From assembly GCA_036149055.1 (NCBI GenBank), contig JAYZQJ010000133.1:48393-112392 (forward strand): a DNA stretch of 64,000 bases. Direction: 5' to 3'. Below are positions 47,526 to 57,583 of the stretch, in pieces. Below the pieces are notes generated by a model. It was given only the letters and a program-made list of their open reading frames with translations, was not told the DNA's origin and searched no databases. How positions within the stretch are numbered: the stretch's first letter is position 1; each line of letters opens with the position of its first letter. This DNA comes from Myxococcota bacterium (GTDB lineage: Bacteria; Myxococcota_A; Polyangia; Polyangiales; Sandaracinaceae). The position numbers and the translations under genes are program-made.

Positions 47526-49820
47526 GTGGCAGAGCCCCAACCGGCGGAGGAGCCCGAGCGCCTGGCGCCGGGGACGATCCTCGAGGAGCGCTACCGCATC
47601 CTCGGCGAGCTCGGCGAAGGCGGGATCGGCTGGGTCTACCGCGCCGAGCACGTGAAGCTGAAGACGCCGGTCGCGATCAAGACGCTGCAGCCGCAGTACG
47701 CGCACCACGAGCAGATGCGCCCGCGGTTCGAGCGCGAGGCGAAGGCGCTCGCCTCGCTGAGCCACCCGCACATCGTCACCCTCACCGACTTCAGCGTCTC
47801 GGAGGGCCGGCCCTACCTGGTCATGGAGCTGCTCGAGGGGCGCGGGCTCGACGCGCTGCTCGCGGAGGGGCCGCTCGAGGAGTCGGTGGCGCGGCACATC
47901 GCGATGCAGGCGCTCGACGCGCTCGTCTACGCGCACGAGCGCGGCTTCGTGCACCGCGACCTGAAGCCCGCGAACATCTTCCTCTGCAAGCTCCCGACCG
48001 ATCCGCACCACGTGAAGCTGCTCGACTTCGGCTTCGTGAAGCTCGTCGCGGACGAGGGCGAGGCGCCGCAGTCCGTGCTGACCCAGTCCGGCATCGCCTT
48101 CGGGACTCCGTCGTACATGTCGCCCGAGCAGGCGACCGGGGACGTGGTCGACGCTCGCGCGGATCTCTACGCGTTCGGCGTCGTGCTCTTCGAGATGCTC
48201 GCTGGCCGGCGCCCCTTCGTCGGCTCGCTCCCGGAGATCGTGCGGCAGCACCTGACGGCGCCGCTGCCGCGGCTGTCGGTCGGCGGCCGCGCGATCGACG
48301 CCTCGCCCGGGCTGCGCGACGTGCTCGCGCGATCGCTCGCCAAGGAGAAGGGCGACCGCTTCCCGGACGCGGCGGCGATGCGGAGCGCGCTGCGCGCGTT
48401 GCCGACGCCCTGGACGGTGCCCGGCATCGGCGAGAACGAGACGCTGCTCGCCGTGCCGGCGAAGGACGACGTCGGCTCGGCGGCGACGGTGGCGGCGACG
48501 CCCGCGGCGAAGTCGGAGAGCTCCGCCCCGCGCCAGGATCCGGCGCCGGTCGCGGCCCCTCCGCGCGCGTCCACCGTGGGCGAGCCGCCGGCCCGCCGCT
48601 CCTCGACGCTCGGCCTCGGCTTCGGGCTGCTGCTCATCGCCGGCCTGAGCGGCGCCGCGATCTGGTACTTCGGGATCCGGCCGGCCGAGGTCGCCCAGCT
48701 CGGCACCAGCGCGCTCTCCGGCGCCCTGCCCGAGACCGAGCCCGCGCCGCCTCCGCCGGAGCCCGAGCCGGAGGACGAGGACGCCCCGCTCCCCGAGGCG
48801 GAGGAGGGCGAGGCGCAGCTCGCGAGCCTGCTCGACGAGATCTCGGGCGAGTGGTGGACCGAGCCGGAGGACGACGACGAGCCGCTCGAGGCGTGGGCGG
48901 AGACGGAAGACGACGGCGCCCTCGATCCGGCGGAGGCGATCGACGCGCTCGGCGCGGAGGCGCCCTCCGCCCCGGACCCGGGCGAAGCCGAGCCGGCCGA
49001 GGCGGAGCTCGAGGCGATCGAAGACGAAGCCGCCCCCGAGCGAGCGGAGGGGGAGACGGACGAGCCGGCCCCGGTCGACGCGCCGGAGGCGCTGGCGGAG
49101 GCCGCCCCGCCCGACGAGGCGCCGACCGACGAGACGGCGGTGGCCGCCGAGCCCGAGGTCGCCGACGGGGACGACGCGGACTCGGACGAAGCGGTCGAGG
49201 AGGTGGAGGAGCCGCTCGGGCCGAACCCGTGGCGGGTGCGACCGGTGGTCCCGCGCCTCGTGCGCGCCCGGCGCATCGTGCTCGAGGGCCGGCCCCTGAC
49301 CCGGGACCAGATCCGCGCCCTCCGCGAGCTGGTCCGGGCCGACCGCGGCGACCCGCGCCCGCACCTCGTCATCGCGCAGAGCTTCGTGGCCGAGGCGCAG
49401 CACACGTCGGCGGTGCAGCGCTACGACCTCGCGCATCGGGTCGACGAGACCTCGCGCGGCGACCCCCGCATGCTCTTCGATCTCGTGCGGCTCTCCACCG
49501 AAGGCGACGCGCAGCGCGCGGCCACCGCGACGCTCGAGCGGGTCTACGGAGAGGACGCGCTCCTGCTGATCGACGAGCTCGTCGAAGACGAGGATCTCGC
49601 GGACGAGCGACGCGACGCCCTGCGCGCGCTCCGCGCCCGGCTCTCCGGCGACGCGCCCGAGGCCACGACGCGCCCCCGCGCCCGCGCCCGACGCGCCGCG
49701 GCTCGACGGCGCGCGGCGGTGCGACGGCGCGCCCGCGCCCGACGCAGCCGGGCCCGCGCCTCCCGCCGCGCCCGCGTCCGACGTCGCGCGCGCGCCCGAC
49801 GCGCCCGCCGCCGACGGTGA
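47526..49820 (+). CDS. Ser/Thr protein kinase with TM helix, acidic extracytoplasmic linker and Arg-rich tail
   Basis: GEGGIG, VAIK, HRDLKPAN, DFG, GTPSYMSPE motifs. Confidence 0.93.
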   Translation: MAEPQPAEEPERLAPGTILEERYRILGELGEGGIGWVYRAEHVKLKTPVAIKTLQPQYAHHEQMRPRFEREAKALASLSHPHIVTLTDFSVSEGRPYLVMELLEGRGLDALLAEGPLEESVARHIAMQALDALVYAHERGFVHRDLKPANIFLCKLPTDPHHVKLLDFGFVKLVADEGEAPQSVLTQSGIAFGTPSYMSPEQATGDVVDARADLYAFGVVLFEMLAGRRPFVGSLPEIVRQHLTAPLPRLSVGGRAIDASPGLRDVLARSLAKEKGDRFPDAAAMRSALRALPTPWTVPGIGENETLLAVPAKDDVGSAATVAATPAAKSESSAPRQDPAPVAAPPRASTVGEPPARRSSTLGLGFGLLLIAGLSGAAIWYFGIRPAEVAQLGTSALSGALPETEPAPPPPEPEPEDEDAPLPEAEEGEAQLASLLDEISGEWWTEPEDDDEPLEAWAETEDDGALDPAEAIDALGAEAPSAPDPGEAEPAEAELEAIEDEAAPERAEGETDEPAPVDAPEALAEAAPPDEAPTDETAVAAEPEVADGDDADSDEAVEEVEEPLGPNPWRVRPVVPRLVRARRIVLEGRPLTRDQIRALRELVRADRGDPRPHLVIAQSFVAEAQHTSAVQRYDLAHRVDETSRGDPRMLFDLVRLSTEGDAQRAATATLERVYGEDALLLIDELVEDEDLADERRDALRALRARLSGDAPEATTRPRARARRAAARRRAAVRRRARARRSRARASRRARVRRRARARRARRRR

Positions 49821-49827
49821 GCGCGCC

Positions 49828-51186
49828 TCACCCTCGCGCGTCGAGGACCCGGTGGATGGCGGCGGCGACCGCCTCGGGCTCGCTGCCCATCTCGACCGGC
49901 CGGTTCGCGAGCGGGCTGTCGATGCCCTCGAGCGCGCCCTCGTGGTAGCGCGCCTTGAACTCGGTGAACTTGAGGCCGTGCGCGGTCGAGATCACGACGA
50001 CCCGCTCGTCCTTCCGGATCTCTCCCCGCGCCACCAGCTTCTCGAAGCAGGCGAGGGCCACGCCGGTGTGAGGGCAGTTGAACATGCCGGTGCGATCGGC
50101 CCGCGCGACCGCGTCGGCGAGCTCCTGCTCGGTGGCCTGCTCGACGACGCCGCGGGTAGCGACCAGCGCCTCGACCGCCTTGGGCAGCGAGACCGGGTGC
50201 CCGATCCGGATCGCGCTCGCCAGGGTGTCGCCGGCCTCGATGGGCGCGAAGTCGGCCACCGTCAGGTCTCGGTCCTCGGCGCGCGCCTTCGCGTAGGCGA
50301 GGTAGAGCGGGTTGGCGCGCGCCGCCTGACAGCAGACGAGCCGGGGCAGCCGGTCGATCAGCCCGAGCGCGCGCATCTGCCGGAAGCCCTTGGCGATGGC
50401 GCTGACGTTGCCGAGGTTGCCGCCCGGGACGAGCACCCAGTCGGGCACCTCCCAGTCGAACTGCTGCACGATCTCGACGCTGATCGTCTTCTGCCCCTCG
50501 ACCCGCAGGCTGTTCATCGAGTTGGCGAGATAGATCGACGGGTCCTCGGTCAGGTGCTGGACCACCCGCATGCAGCCGTCGAAGTCGGTGTCGAGGCTGC
50601 ACACGATCGCGCCGTTGGCCATCGGCTGGACGAGCTGCGCGGCGCTGATCTTGCCCTTGGGCAGGAGCACGATGACGGGGATGCCGGCGGCGGCGCCGTA
50701 GGCCGCGAGGGCGGCGGAGGTGTCCCCGGTCGACGCGCAGGCGACGGCGCGGATCGGGCGCCCCTCGCTGATCATCTGCTTCACCGAGCTGACGAGGACG
50801 GTCATGCCGAGGTCCTTGAAGCTGCCGGTGTGGCTGGTACCGCACTGCTTCACCCAGAGGTCCGGGACCCCGATCTGGGCGCCGTAGCGCTCGGCCCAGA
50901 AGAGGTTCGTGTTGCCCTCGTAGAGCGAGACCACGTTGTCCGGGTGCACGTGGGGCTGCACCCACTCGTGCTTCGACCAGACGCCGCTGCCGTAGGGCCA
51001 GCTCGTGCGCCCGTAGCGCTCGTCGAAGAGGCGCATCCACGCGGCCGCGCTGCGCTTCTTCAGCGCGTCGAGATCGTGCTGGACCTCGAGCAGCGCGCCC
51101 GACTCCGGGCACCGGTAGATCACCTCGTTGAGCGGGTAGCGCGCCTCGCCCCCCGCCACGCTCCTGAACCAAGCCGAGTACGCCAT
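49828..51186 (-). CDS. thrC: Threonine synthase
   Basis: '[12 protein letters not shown]', '[11 protein letters not shown]', 'RVEGQKT', 'PGGNLGN', 'STAHGLKF'. Confidence 0.96.
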   Translation of the reverse strand: MAYSAWFRSVAGGEARYPLNEVIYRCPESGALLEVQHDLDALKKRSAAAWMRLFDERYGRTSWPYGSGVWSKHEWVQPHVHPDNVVSLYEGNTNLFWAERYGAQIGVPDLWVKQCGTSHTGSFKDLGMTVLVSSVKQMISEGRPIRAVACASTGDTSAALAAYGAAAGIPVIVLLPKGKISAAQLVQPMANGAIVCSLDTDFDGCMRVVQHLTEDPSIYLANSMNSLRVEGQKTISVEIVQQFDWEVPDWVLVPGGNLGNVSAIAKGFRQMRALGLIDRLPRLVCCQAARANPLYLAYAKARAEDRDLTVADFAPIEAGDTLASAIRIGHPVSLPKAVEALVATRGVVEQATEQELADAVARADRTGMFNCPHTGVALACFEKLVARGEIRKDERVVVISTAHGLKFTEFKARYHEGALEGIDSPLANRPVEMGSEPEAVAAAIHRVLDARG

Positions 51187-51210
51187 GGTCCGGAGAGCTT
51201 AACGTAGCCT

Positions 51211-52047
51211 CTACCGTGACGGGGCCGCGTCGTAGCTGCGCGCGTGGAGGCTGAGCTGGACGCCGGCGTTGACCTCGCCCGGGACGAGCACGTTGGTGCC
51301 CACGAACACCGACAGGCCGGTCCAGGGACCCACGAACCACTCGACCGCGATCCGCGGCTCGACCACCCACTCGGCGGTGTCCGACAGCGTGCTCTCGACG
51401 CAGTCGCCGACGCGGGTCTCGCTCGAGAGGAGCACCGCCCGGCCGCCGAGGAAGAGCTCGGGGCGGATGGTGAAGACGTCGACCGGGATCCCGGCGCCGA
51501 GCACGAGCCCGCCCCCGAGGAAGCTCACCGAGGTCGGCGTGTGCACGAGCGCGCCGTCCGTGCGTGGGGCCCCGGAGACCGACGCGCCGGCGAAGGAGAC
51601 CTCGCCGCCGACCGACAGGTAGTCGAAGATCGTGAGGTCGAGCCGGGCGGTGAGGCCGCCGGTGAGCAGGTCCGCGTCGTGGAGATCCCGGCCGGCGTCG
51701 CCGAGCGCGTGGGTCTCGTTGTGATGCTCGGCCTGCCCGCGGAACGAGAGGTGCCCCACCCGCGCGCGGCGCGCGTTGCCGGCGAGGGAGAGTCGCAGCG
51801 CCGGCACCCCGGTCACGTCCCAGCCGCGGCCGAAGCGCCGGCAGCGCTGGAGGCCGACCACGTCGCTCGTCTCGACGCACACCTCCTCCTCGCTCGAGCC
51901 GCTGGAGTCGTCGTCGTCGTCGTAGCTCCACGTCACCGGGCAGCTGTCGCTCGAGCCGGAGTCGTCGTCGCCGCAGCCCTGCGCGAGGGCGCGCCCCGGC
52001 GCGAGCCCGAGCGCCGCGAGCAGCACCGCCAGCCAGACCTTCCCCAT
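51211..52047 (-). CDS. Hypothetical secreted/outer-membrane beta-barrel protein
   Basis: Signal peptide (ALA-Q), acidic/Cys N-terminal segment, amphipathic beta strands. Confidence 0.7.
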   Translation of the reverse strand: MGKVWLAVLLAALGLAPGRALAQGCGDDDSGSSDSCPVTWSYDDDDDSSGSSEEEVCVETSDVVGLQRCRRFGRGWDVTGVPALRLSLAGNARRARVGHLSFRGQAEHHNETHALGDAGRDLHDADLLTGGLTARLDLTIFDYLSVGGEVSFAGASVSGAPRTDGALVHTPTSVSFLGGGLVLGAGIPVDVFTIRPELFLGGRAVLLSSETRVGDCVESTLSDTAEWVVEPRIAVEWFVGPWTGLSVFVGTNVLVPGEVNAGVQLSLHARSYDAAPSR

Positions 52048-52496
52048 CACCCCTCCAGATCCAGGCACGCCGGCGCGCCCCCGAAACGCACGCAGACCCG
52101 CGAGACGTGCTCCGCCGTCACCGGGGGCTCCCACGCGATCCGCTCCTCCATCGTCGCGCGGCCGTCGAGCAGGCCGGCGCCCAGCTCCCCGCGCGGATCG
52201 TACGGACGGAGCGGCGCGAGCCTCCCGCCCACGTCGGCGGTCACCTCGAGCGCCCGCAGATCCACCGCCACCGGGTGCGCGCAGCGGTTGCCGATCCGCA
52301 GGCCGAGCACCGGCATCGGGCGCGGCAGCCCCGCGTCGAACGGCCGGGGCGTCACCTCGAGGTCGAGGCACGCGTCCGACAGCCGCAGCGCGCCCGGCTC
52401 GGAGACCATGCCCCCGTACCCGCCGCCGCAGCCCACCAGCCACGCCGCGGCCAGGAACGATGCGCAGACCGCGAGCCTCCCCTTCGACGCCCTCAC
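52047..52496 (-). CDS. Hypothetical lipoprotein
   Basis: Lipobox LVGC; TGATG overlap with the downstream gene. Confidence 0.65.
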   Translation of the reverse strand: MRASKGRLAVCASFLAAAWLVGCGGGYGGMVSEPGALRLSDACLDLEVTPRPFDAGLPRPMPVLGLRIGNRCAHPVAVDLRALEVTADVGGRLAPLRPYDPRGELGAGLLDGRATMEERIAWEPPVTAEHVSRVCVRFGGAPACLDLEG

Positions 52497-52694
52497 CGGA
52501 CTCACGTTGGGCGACGAGCGCGGCCCGCGCGAGCCGAAAAATGACGATCCGGTCCCGAAAAACCAGCAGACACACAGTGGCACTGTCCGGCTCAGTGTGA
52601 GCACGCGACATCGCGGTGTGAGCCCGCTTCTCGCCTGATCTCGGCGAATGGGCCGCACCCTGGACATGGCACAGTCGGTGCCATCAGCCACGGC

Positions 52695-53429
52695 ATGCGC
52701 ACGCTGATGATCTTCGCCCTCCTCTCCCTGCCCGCCGCCGCGTCCGCCCAGGCCGCGGGCGCGCTCGGGGATCCGACCGGCGCCGCCCCGGTGGTCACGC
52801 CCGAGGGCTATCACTACCCGGGCCTGCCCGAAGCCTCCCCGGCGCAGCCCCCGAGCTACCTCTCGCTGGATCCGGAGCGCGCCCCGGTGGCGGCGCTGCG
52901 AGATCGCCCCCGTGGCGTGCGCTTCGGGCAGAGCTTCGGCCACGCCTGGATGGGCTTCGGCCTGGGGGCGGGGGTCGGCGCGGCGGTGGGCGCGCTCGCG
53001 ACCGAGCTCGGCTGCAGCGACGACTTCTCCTGCGGCAGCCAGTGGGCGATCGGCGCGGCGGTCGGAGGCGCGACGACCGCCCCGCTCGGCGCCGCGATCA
53101 GCGTCTGGGCGTGGGGCGAGTCGCGCGGCGCGGGCGGCAACTTCTTCGCCTCGCTCGCGGGCGCCTATCTCGGCGGCGGCGTGGGCGTGGGGCTCACGGC
53201 CGCGATGTTCGAGTCGCGCGACTTCGGCCTCGCCCTCGCCGCGATGTTCATCGGGCCCGTCGTGGGCTCGGTCCTCGCGAACCTCGGCGCGGTCATCGGC
53301 TATCACGTCACCGCGAGCGGCCCCGACGAGCAGACCTCCTCCGACGGCCCGACCACCGCGTTCGCCCCGACGATCGCGCCCACCGAGGACGGCCGCGGGG
53401 CCACCGTCGGCGCCGTCGGCGTATTCTGA
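52695..53429 (+). CDS. Gly/Ala-rich (glycine-zipper-like) secreted or membrane protein
   Basis: Signal peptide ASA-Q; GxxxG-rich hydrophobic helices; C-terminal Phe. Confidence 0.75.
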   Translation: MRTLMIFALLSLPAAASAQAAGALGDPTGAAPVVTPEGYHYPGLPEASPAQPPSYLSLDPERAPVAALRDRPRGVRFGQSFGHAWMGFGLGAGVGAAVGALATELGCSDDFSCGSQWAIGAAVGGATTAPLGAAISVWAWGESRGAGGNFFASLAGAYLGGGVGVGLTAAMFESRDFGLALAAMFIGPVVGSVLANLGAVIGYHVTASGPDEQTSSDGPTTAFAPTIAPTEDGRGATVGAVGVF

Positions 53430-53493
53430 ACGGCCGGCTGCGGTTGCGCCGACCCCCTGCGCGCGCGACGTTTTGCGCTCGGGGAGAGAGACG

Positions 53494-55062
53494 GTGAGCC
53501 GACGAATGAGCCGACGAGACATGTTGAAGCAGGGCGCGGCGGGGACCGCGGCGCTCTCCATGCCCGCGGTGCTGGGCGCCTGCGGCCCCACCGTGCGCGA
53601 CGCCGCGAGGCAGTCCGTGCCCGCCGCCGCGCCGGTGGCGCCCGATCTCTTCGCCGTCTTCGGCGTCGACGCGGAGCTCGCCCGAGGCGCCCTCGGGGAG
53701 CTGACCTCGCGCGGCGCCGACCGGGCGGAGCTGTACTTCCAGTCCTCCCGCTCGACCTCGATCCTCTACCAGGACGGCATCATCAGCCAGGCGCACGCGA
53801 GCGTGGACCTCGGCGTCGGGCTGCGCTGCGTGGTGGGGGAGCAGACCGGCTACGCCTACACCGAGGAGCTGACGCGAGAGAGCCTGCGCGCGGCGGCGCG
53901 CACGGCGGCGGCGATCGCGCAGGGCGCGGCGGTGGCTCCGCCCCAGGAGATCCGGCACCAGGCGCTGCCGCACGACCGCTACGCGATCGAGGTCCCCTGG
54001 CGGGACGTGGGCATCGATCGGAAGCTCCCGATCATCCAGCGCTGCGCCGAGAAGGTGCGCGCGCTCGAGCCCTCGATCGTGAAGGTCGACGTCTCCTGGG
54101 CGGACGCCGAGAGCCGGGTGCTGATCGCCGACATGGAGGGCCGCGTGGTCTTCGACGAGCGGCCGATGACCCGGCTGAGCGTGACCGTGACCGCCGAGCG
54201 CGACGGCGAGCGGCAGACCAACCGCGCCAACCTGGCGGCCCGCCGCGGCCTCGACTTCTACACCGAGGAGAACCTCGACCGGGTCGCGCGGCAGGCGGTC
54301 GACCGGACGATGATCCTCTTCGAGGCGCGCCGCCCCCCGGCCGGAGAGATGCCGGTGGTCCTCGCCAGCGGCGCGAGCGGGATCCTGCTGCACGAGGCCA
54401 TCGGCCACGGCATGGAGGCCGACTTCAACCGCAAGGGCATCAGCATCTACGCCGAGATGCTCAACCGACAGGTGGCCGAGCCCTTCGTCACCATCGTCGA
54501 CGACGGCAGCCTCGAGAACGAGCGCGGCGCGCTCAACGTGGACGACGAGGGCCGACCGGCCGGCCGCACCGTGCTCGTCGAGAACGGGCGCCTCGTCAGC
54601 TACATGCACGACGGCATCAGCGCGCGGCACTACGGCGTCACGCCCACCGGCTCCGGGCGCCGCCAGAGCTTCCGCCACGCTCCGCTGCCCCGCATGCGCT
54701 GCACCTACATGGAGGGCGGCCCGCACACGCGCGACGAGATCATCGCCTCGGTCGATCGCGGCATCCTGGCCGAGACCTTCACCAACGGGCAGGTCCAGAT
54801 CGGCGCCGGCGACTACACCTTCTACATCAAGAACGGCTGGCTCATCGAAGGCGGCCGGCTCACCGCGCCCATCAAGGACGTGAACATCGTCGGCACCGGC
54901 CCCGAGACGCTCCGGCGGATCTCGATGGTCGCCGACGACGCCGAGCTCGACACCGGGGGCTGGACCTGCGGCAAGCGCGGGCAGAGCGTGCCGGTGAGCC
55001 TCGGCATCCCGACGGTGCTGGTGAGCGAGCTGACGGTGGGAGGCGAAGACCGTGCTGCGTGA
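53494..55062 (+). CDS. tldD: TldD metalloprotease with Tat/lipoprotein signal
   Basis: 'LLHEAIGHGMEADFNRKG', 'DDEG', 'PRM', 'WTCGK.GQSVPV'; N-terminal SRRDMLK...LGAC. Confidence 0.92.
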   Translation: MSRRMSRRDMLKQGAAGTAALSMPAVLGACGPTVRDAARQSVPAAAPVAPDLFAVFGVDAELARGALGELTSRGADRAELYFQSSRSTSILYQDGIISQAHASVDLGVGLRCVVGEQTGYAYTEELTRESLRAAARTAAAIAQGAAVAPPQEIRHQALPHDRYAIEVPWRDVGIDRKLPIIQRCAEKVRALEPSIVKVDVSWADAESRVLIADMEGRVVFDERPMTRLSVTVTAERDGERQTNRANLAARRGLDFYTEENLDRVARQAVDRTMILFEARRPPAGEMPVVLASGASGILLHEAIGHGMEADFNRKGISIYAEMLNRQVAEPFVTIVDDGSLENERGALNVDDEGRPAGRTVLVENGRLVSYMHDGISARHYGVTPTGSGRRQSFRHAPLPRMRCTYMEGGPHTRDEIIASVDRGILAETFTNGQVQIGAGDYTFYIKNGWLIEGGRLTAPIKDVNIVGTGPETLRRISMVADDAELDTGGWTCGKRGQSVPVSLGIPTVLVSELTVGGEDRAA

Positions 55063-56368
55063 GCTCGAGGCGCGAGCCGGCGACGCGATCGAGATGGCGC
55101 GCGCCGCGGGGGCCGACGACGCGTGGGCCTCCGCGAGCCGCAGCAACGGGGTCGAGGTCGAGGTGCGCGACGGCGAGGTGGAGAAGCTCCAAGAGAGCAC
55201 CTCGCGCGGGCTGTCGATCCGGGTCTACGTGGACGGGCGCTACGCGACCTACCGGACCAGCGACCTGCGGCCCGAGCCGCTCCGCGCCTTCGTGCGCGAC
55301 GCGGTCGCGATGACGCGGGCGCTCGAGCCGGATCCCTTCCGCGAGATCCCCGACCCCGCGCTCTACGAGGGCCGCAGCGACGTGGACCTCGAGCTGCACG
55401 ATCCGGCGGTGCTCCAGCTGACGCCGGATCAGCGCCTCGGCTGGTGCATGGAGATGGCGGAGGAGTGCGCGCGGCACGACCGGGTGGTCAGCGCGACGGT
55501 CAGCGTCAGCGGCGGCCACTCGCTGGTGGCCTCGGCGAGCAGCAACGGCTTCTCCGGTCACCACGAGCGCACGAGCCACTGGCGCGGCGGCAGCGTGACG
55601 ATGCGCGACGAGGGCGACGCGCGGCCGGCCGGCAGCTTCTACGCGGGCGCCCGCCACCTCGCCGACGTGCCGGACGCGAGGGAGATCGGGCGGCGCGCGC
55701 TGGCGGAGGCGGTGCGCAGGCTCGGCGCGACCCAGGGGCCGACGCGCCGCACGACGATGGTGGTCGATCCCCGGGTGGCCGGCCGGCTCATCGGGCTGCT
55801 GCTCGGCCCGGCGACCGCGCGCGCCTTCTCGCAGCGGCGCTCCTTCTGGCAGGGCCGGGTCGGCGAGCGGGTCCTGGCCGAGCGGCTGACGATCGTGGAC
55901 GAGCCGCTCCGGGTCCGCGGGCTCGGCTCCCGCTACTACGACGGCGAGGGCATCGCCGCGCGCACGCTCCCCATCGTCGAGGCCGGCGCGCTCACCCACC
56001 TCTTCGTCGACACCTACTACGGCCGCAAGGCGGAGCTCGCGCCGACCACCGGGGGCGCGAGCAACCTGGTGGTGGCCCCCGGCGAGCGCGACCTGGAGGC
56101 GATCGTGCGGGACGTGCCCGAGGGTTGCCTGGTCACCGGGTGGCTCGGCGGCAACAGCGACGGGACGACCGGCGACTTCTCGCTCGGTCTGCGCGGGCAC
56201 ACCATCGAAGGCGGCCGGATCGGCGGCCCCGTCCAGGAGATGAACGTCACCGGCGATCTGATCTCGCTCTTCGCCGGGCTGGTCGAGGTCGGCAACGATC
56301 CCTGGCCCTGGTCGAGCCGCGAGGTGCCGACCCTCGTCTTCGAAGGCGCGCAGCTCAGCGGCGCGTGA
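55052..56368 (+). CDS. pmbA: TldE/PmbA partner subunit
   Basis: 'DGEG', 'TGDFS.G'; no HExxxH; overlaps tldD. Confidence 0.9.
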   Translation: MLRELEARAGDAIEMARAAGADDAWASASRSNGVEVEVRDGEVEKLQESTSRGLSIRVYVDGRYATYRTSDLRPEPLRAFVRDAVAMTRALEPDPFREIPDPALYEGRSDVDLELHDPAVLQLTPDQRLGWCMEMAEECARHDRVVSATVSVSGGHSLVASASSNGFSGHHERTSHWRGGSVTMRDEGDARPAGSFYAGARHLADVPDAREIGRRALAEAVRRLGATQGPTRRTTMVVDPRVAGRLIGLLLGPATARAFSQRRSFWQGRVGERVLAERLTIVDEPLRVRGLGSRYYDGEGIAARTLPIVEAGALTHLFVDTYYGRKAELAPTTGGASNLVVAPGERDLEAIVRDVPEGCLVTGWLGGNSDGTTGDFSLGLRGHTIEGGRIGGPVQEMNVTGDLISLFAGLVEVGNDPWPWSSREVPTLVFEGAQLSGA

Positions 56369-56792
56369 GGCGGAGCCCGTCGTCGGTCGCGGCGCCGGGC
56401 GCGATCGCGGCGACCCGGGTGAGCAGCCCCTCGAGGCGCCCGTGGTGCAGCGCCTGCTGGGTGAAGGCGAAGCGCGGGTCCGCCTCCGCCCGCCCGGCGA
56501 GATCCGCGAGCGTCAGGCCCCGACGCGCGAGGGCGAGCTCCAGGTGGAGATCGAAGCGCACCGGGCCGACCGACGCGCGCAGCGCCTCGGCCTCGGCCTC
56601 GGAGCGGCAGACGACCGCCGCCGCCGCCTCGACCTCGGCCGCGTAGAGATGGAAGGCCTCCGCCAGCGCCGCCTCGAGCGCGGCCGGGCTCGCCTCGGCC
56701 TCCGCGCGCGGTGTGGGCGCGACGAGGGGCTGGGGCGCGACGCCCGCGCAGCCGGTCGAGAGCAGGAGAAGGAAGATCGTCGACGCCCGCAT
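56355..56792 (-). CDS. Hypothetical lipoprotein
   Basis: 'IFLLLLSTGC' lipobox-like signal. Confidence 0.55.
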   Translation of the reverse strand: MRASTIFLLLLSTGCAGVAPQPLVAPTPRAEAEASPAALEAALAEAFHLYAAEVEAAAAVVCRSEAEAEALRASVGPVRFDLHLELALARRGLTLADLAGRAEADPRFAFTQQALHHGRLEGLLTRVAAIAPGAATDDGLRLTRR

Positions 56793-56848
56793 CGCCTCTG
56801 GGCAACGACGCACCGGCGCGAGACTTGAGGCCGCGCTAGCTTCGGCGC

Positions 56849-57583
56849 GTGACCGAGATGACGGCGAACCCCGAAGTGCAGCGACAGGCCGACGACGTGC
56901 GGAGGCGGCTGAAGGCCGCGATCCCCGAGCCGCAGGTCGAGCTGGATCACGAAGACGCGTGGCAGCTCGTGGTCGCGACCATCCTGAGCGCCCAGAGCAC
57001 CGACAAGAAGATCAACGAGGTCACCCCCGTGCTCTTCGCGCGCTACCCGACGCCGAAGGATCTCGCCGAGGCGGACCGCGAGGAGCTCGAGACGATCCTC
57101 AAGCCCACCGGGTTCTACCGGAACAAGGCGAAGTCGGTGCAGGGCGCCGCGAAGAAGGTGGTCGAGGAGTTCGGCGGCGAGGTGCCGCGCACGATGAAGG
57201 AGATCACCAAGCTGCCGGGCGTGGCCCGCAAGACCGGCAACGTCGTGCTCGGCAGCGCGTACGGGATCGCCACCGGGATGGTGGTCGACACCCACGTGAA
57301 GCGGGTCTCGAAGCGGCTCGAGCTGACGGTGGAGACCGACCCCGAGAAGATCGAGGCGGAGCTGTGCGGGCTGTTCCCGAAGCGCAGCTGGGTGAAGCTC
57401 AGCCACCGCCTCGTGCTGCACGGCCGCTACGTCTGTCAGGCGAAGAAGCCGCGCTGCGGTCGCTGCCCCCTCAACGAGATCTGCAGCGCCCACGAGACGA
57501 AGCCCGAGACCCGCGGCTGGAAGCAGCGCGCGGAGTGGGAGACCCGGCTGGTCGCCAGCCGCGGCGCCGACGATCAGCTCTGA
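56849..57583 (+). CDS. nth: Endonuclease III
   Basis: 'ATILSAQSTD', HhH 'LPGVARKTGNVV', 'VDTHV', C-x6-C-x2-C-x5-C Fe-S motif. Confidence 0.96.
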   Translation: MTEMTANPEVQRQADDVRRRLKAAIPEPQVELDHEDAWQLVVATILSAQSTDKKINEVTPVLFARYPTPKDLAEADREELETILKPTGFYRNKAKSVQGAAKKVVEEFGGEVPRTMKEITKLPGVARKTGNVVLGSAYGIATGMVVDTHVKRVSKRLELTVETDPEKIEAELCGLFPKRSWVKLSHRLVLHGRYVCQAKKPRCGRCPLNEICSAHETKPETRGWKQRAEWETRLVASRGADDQL

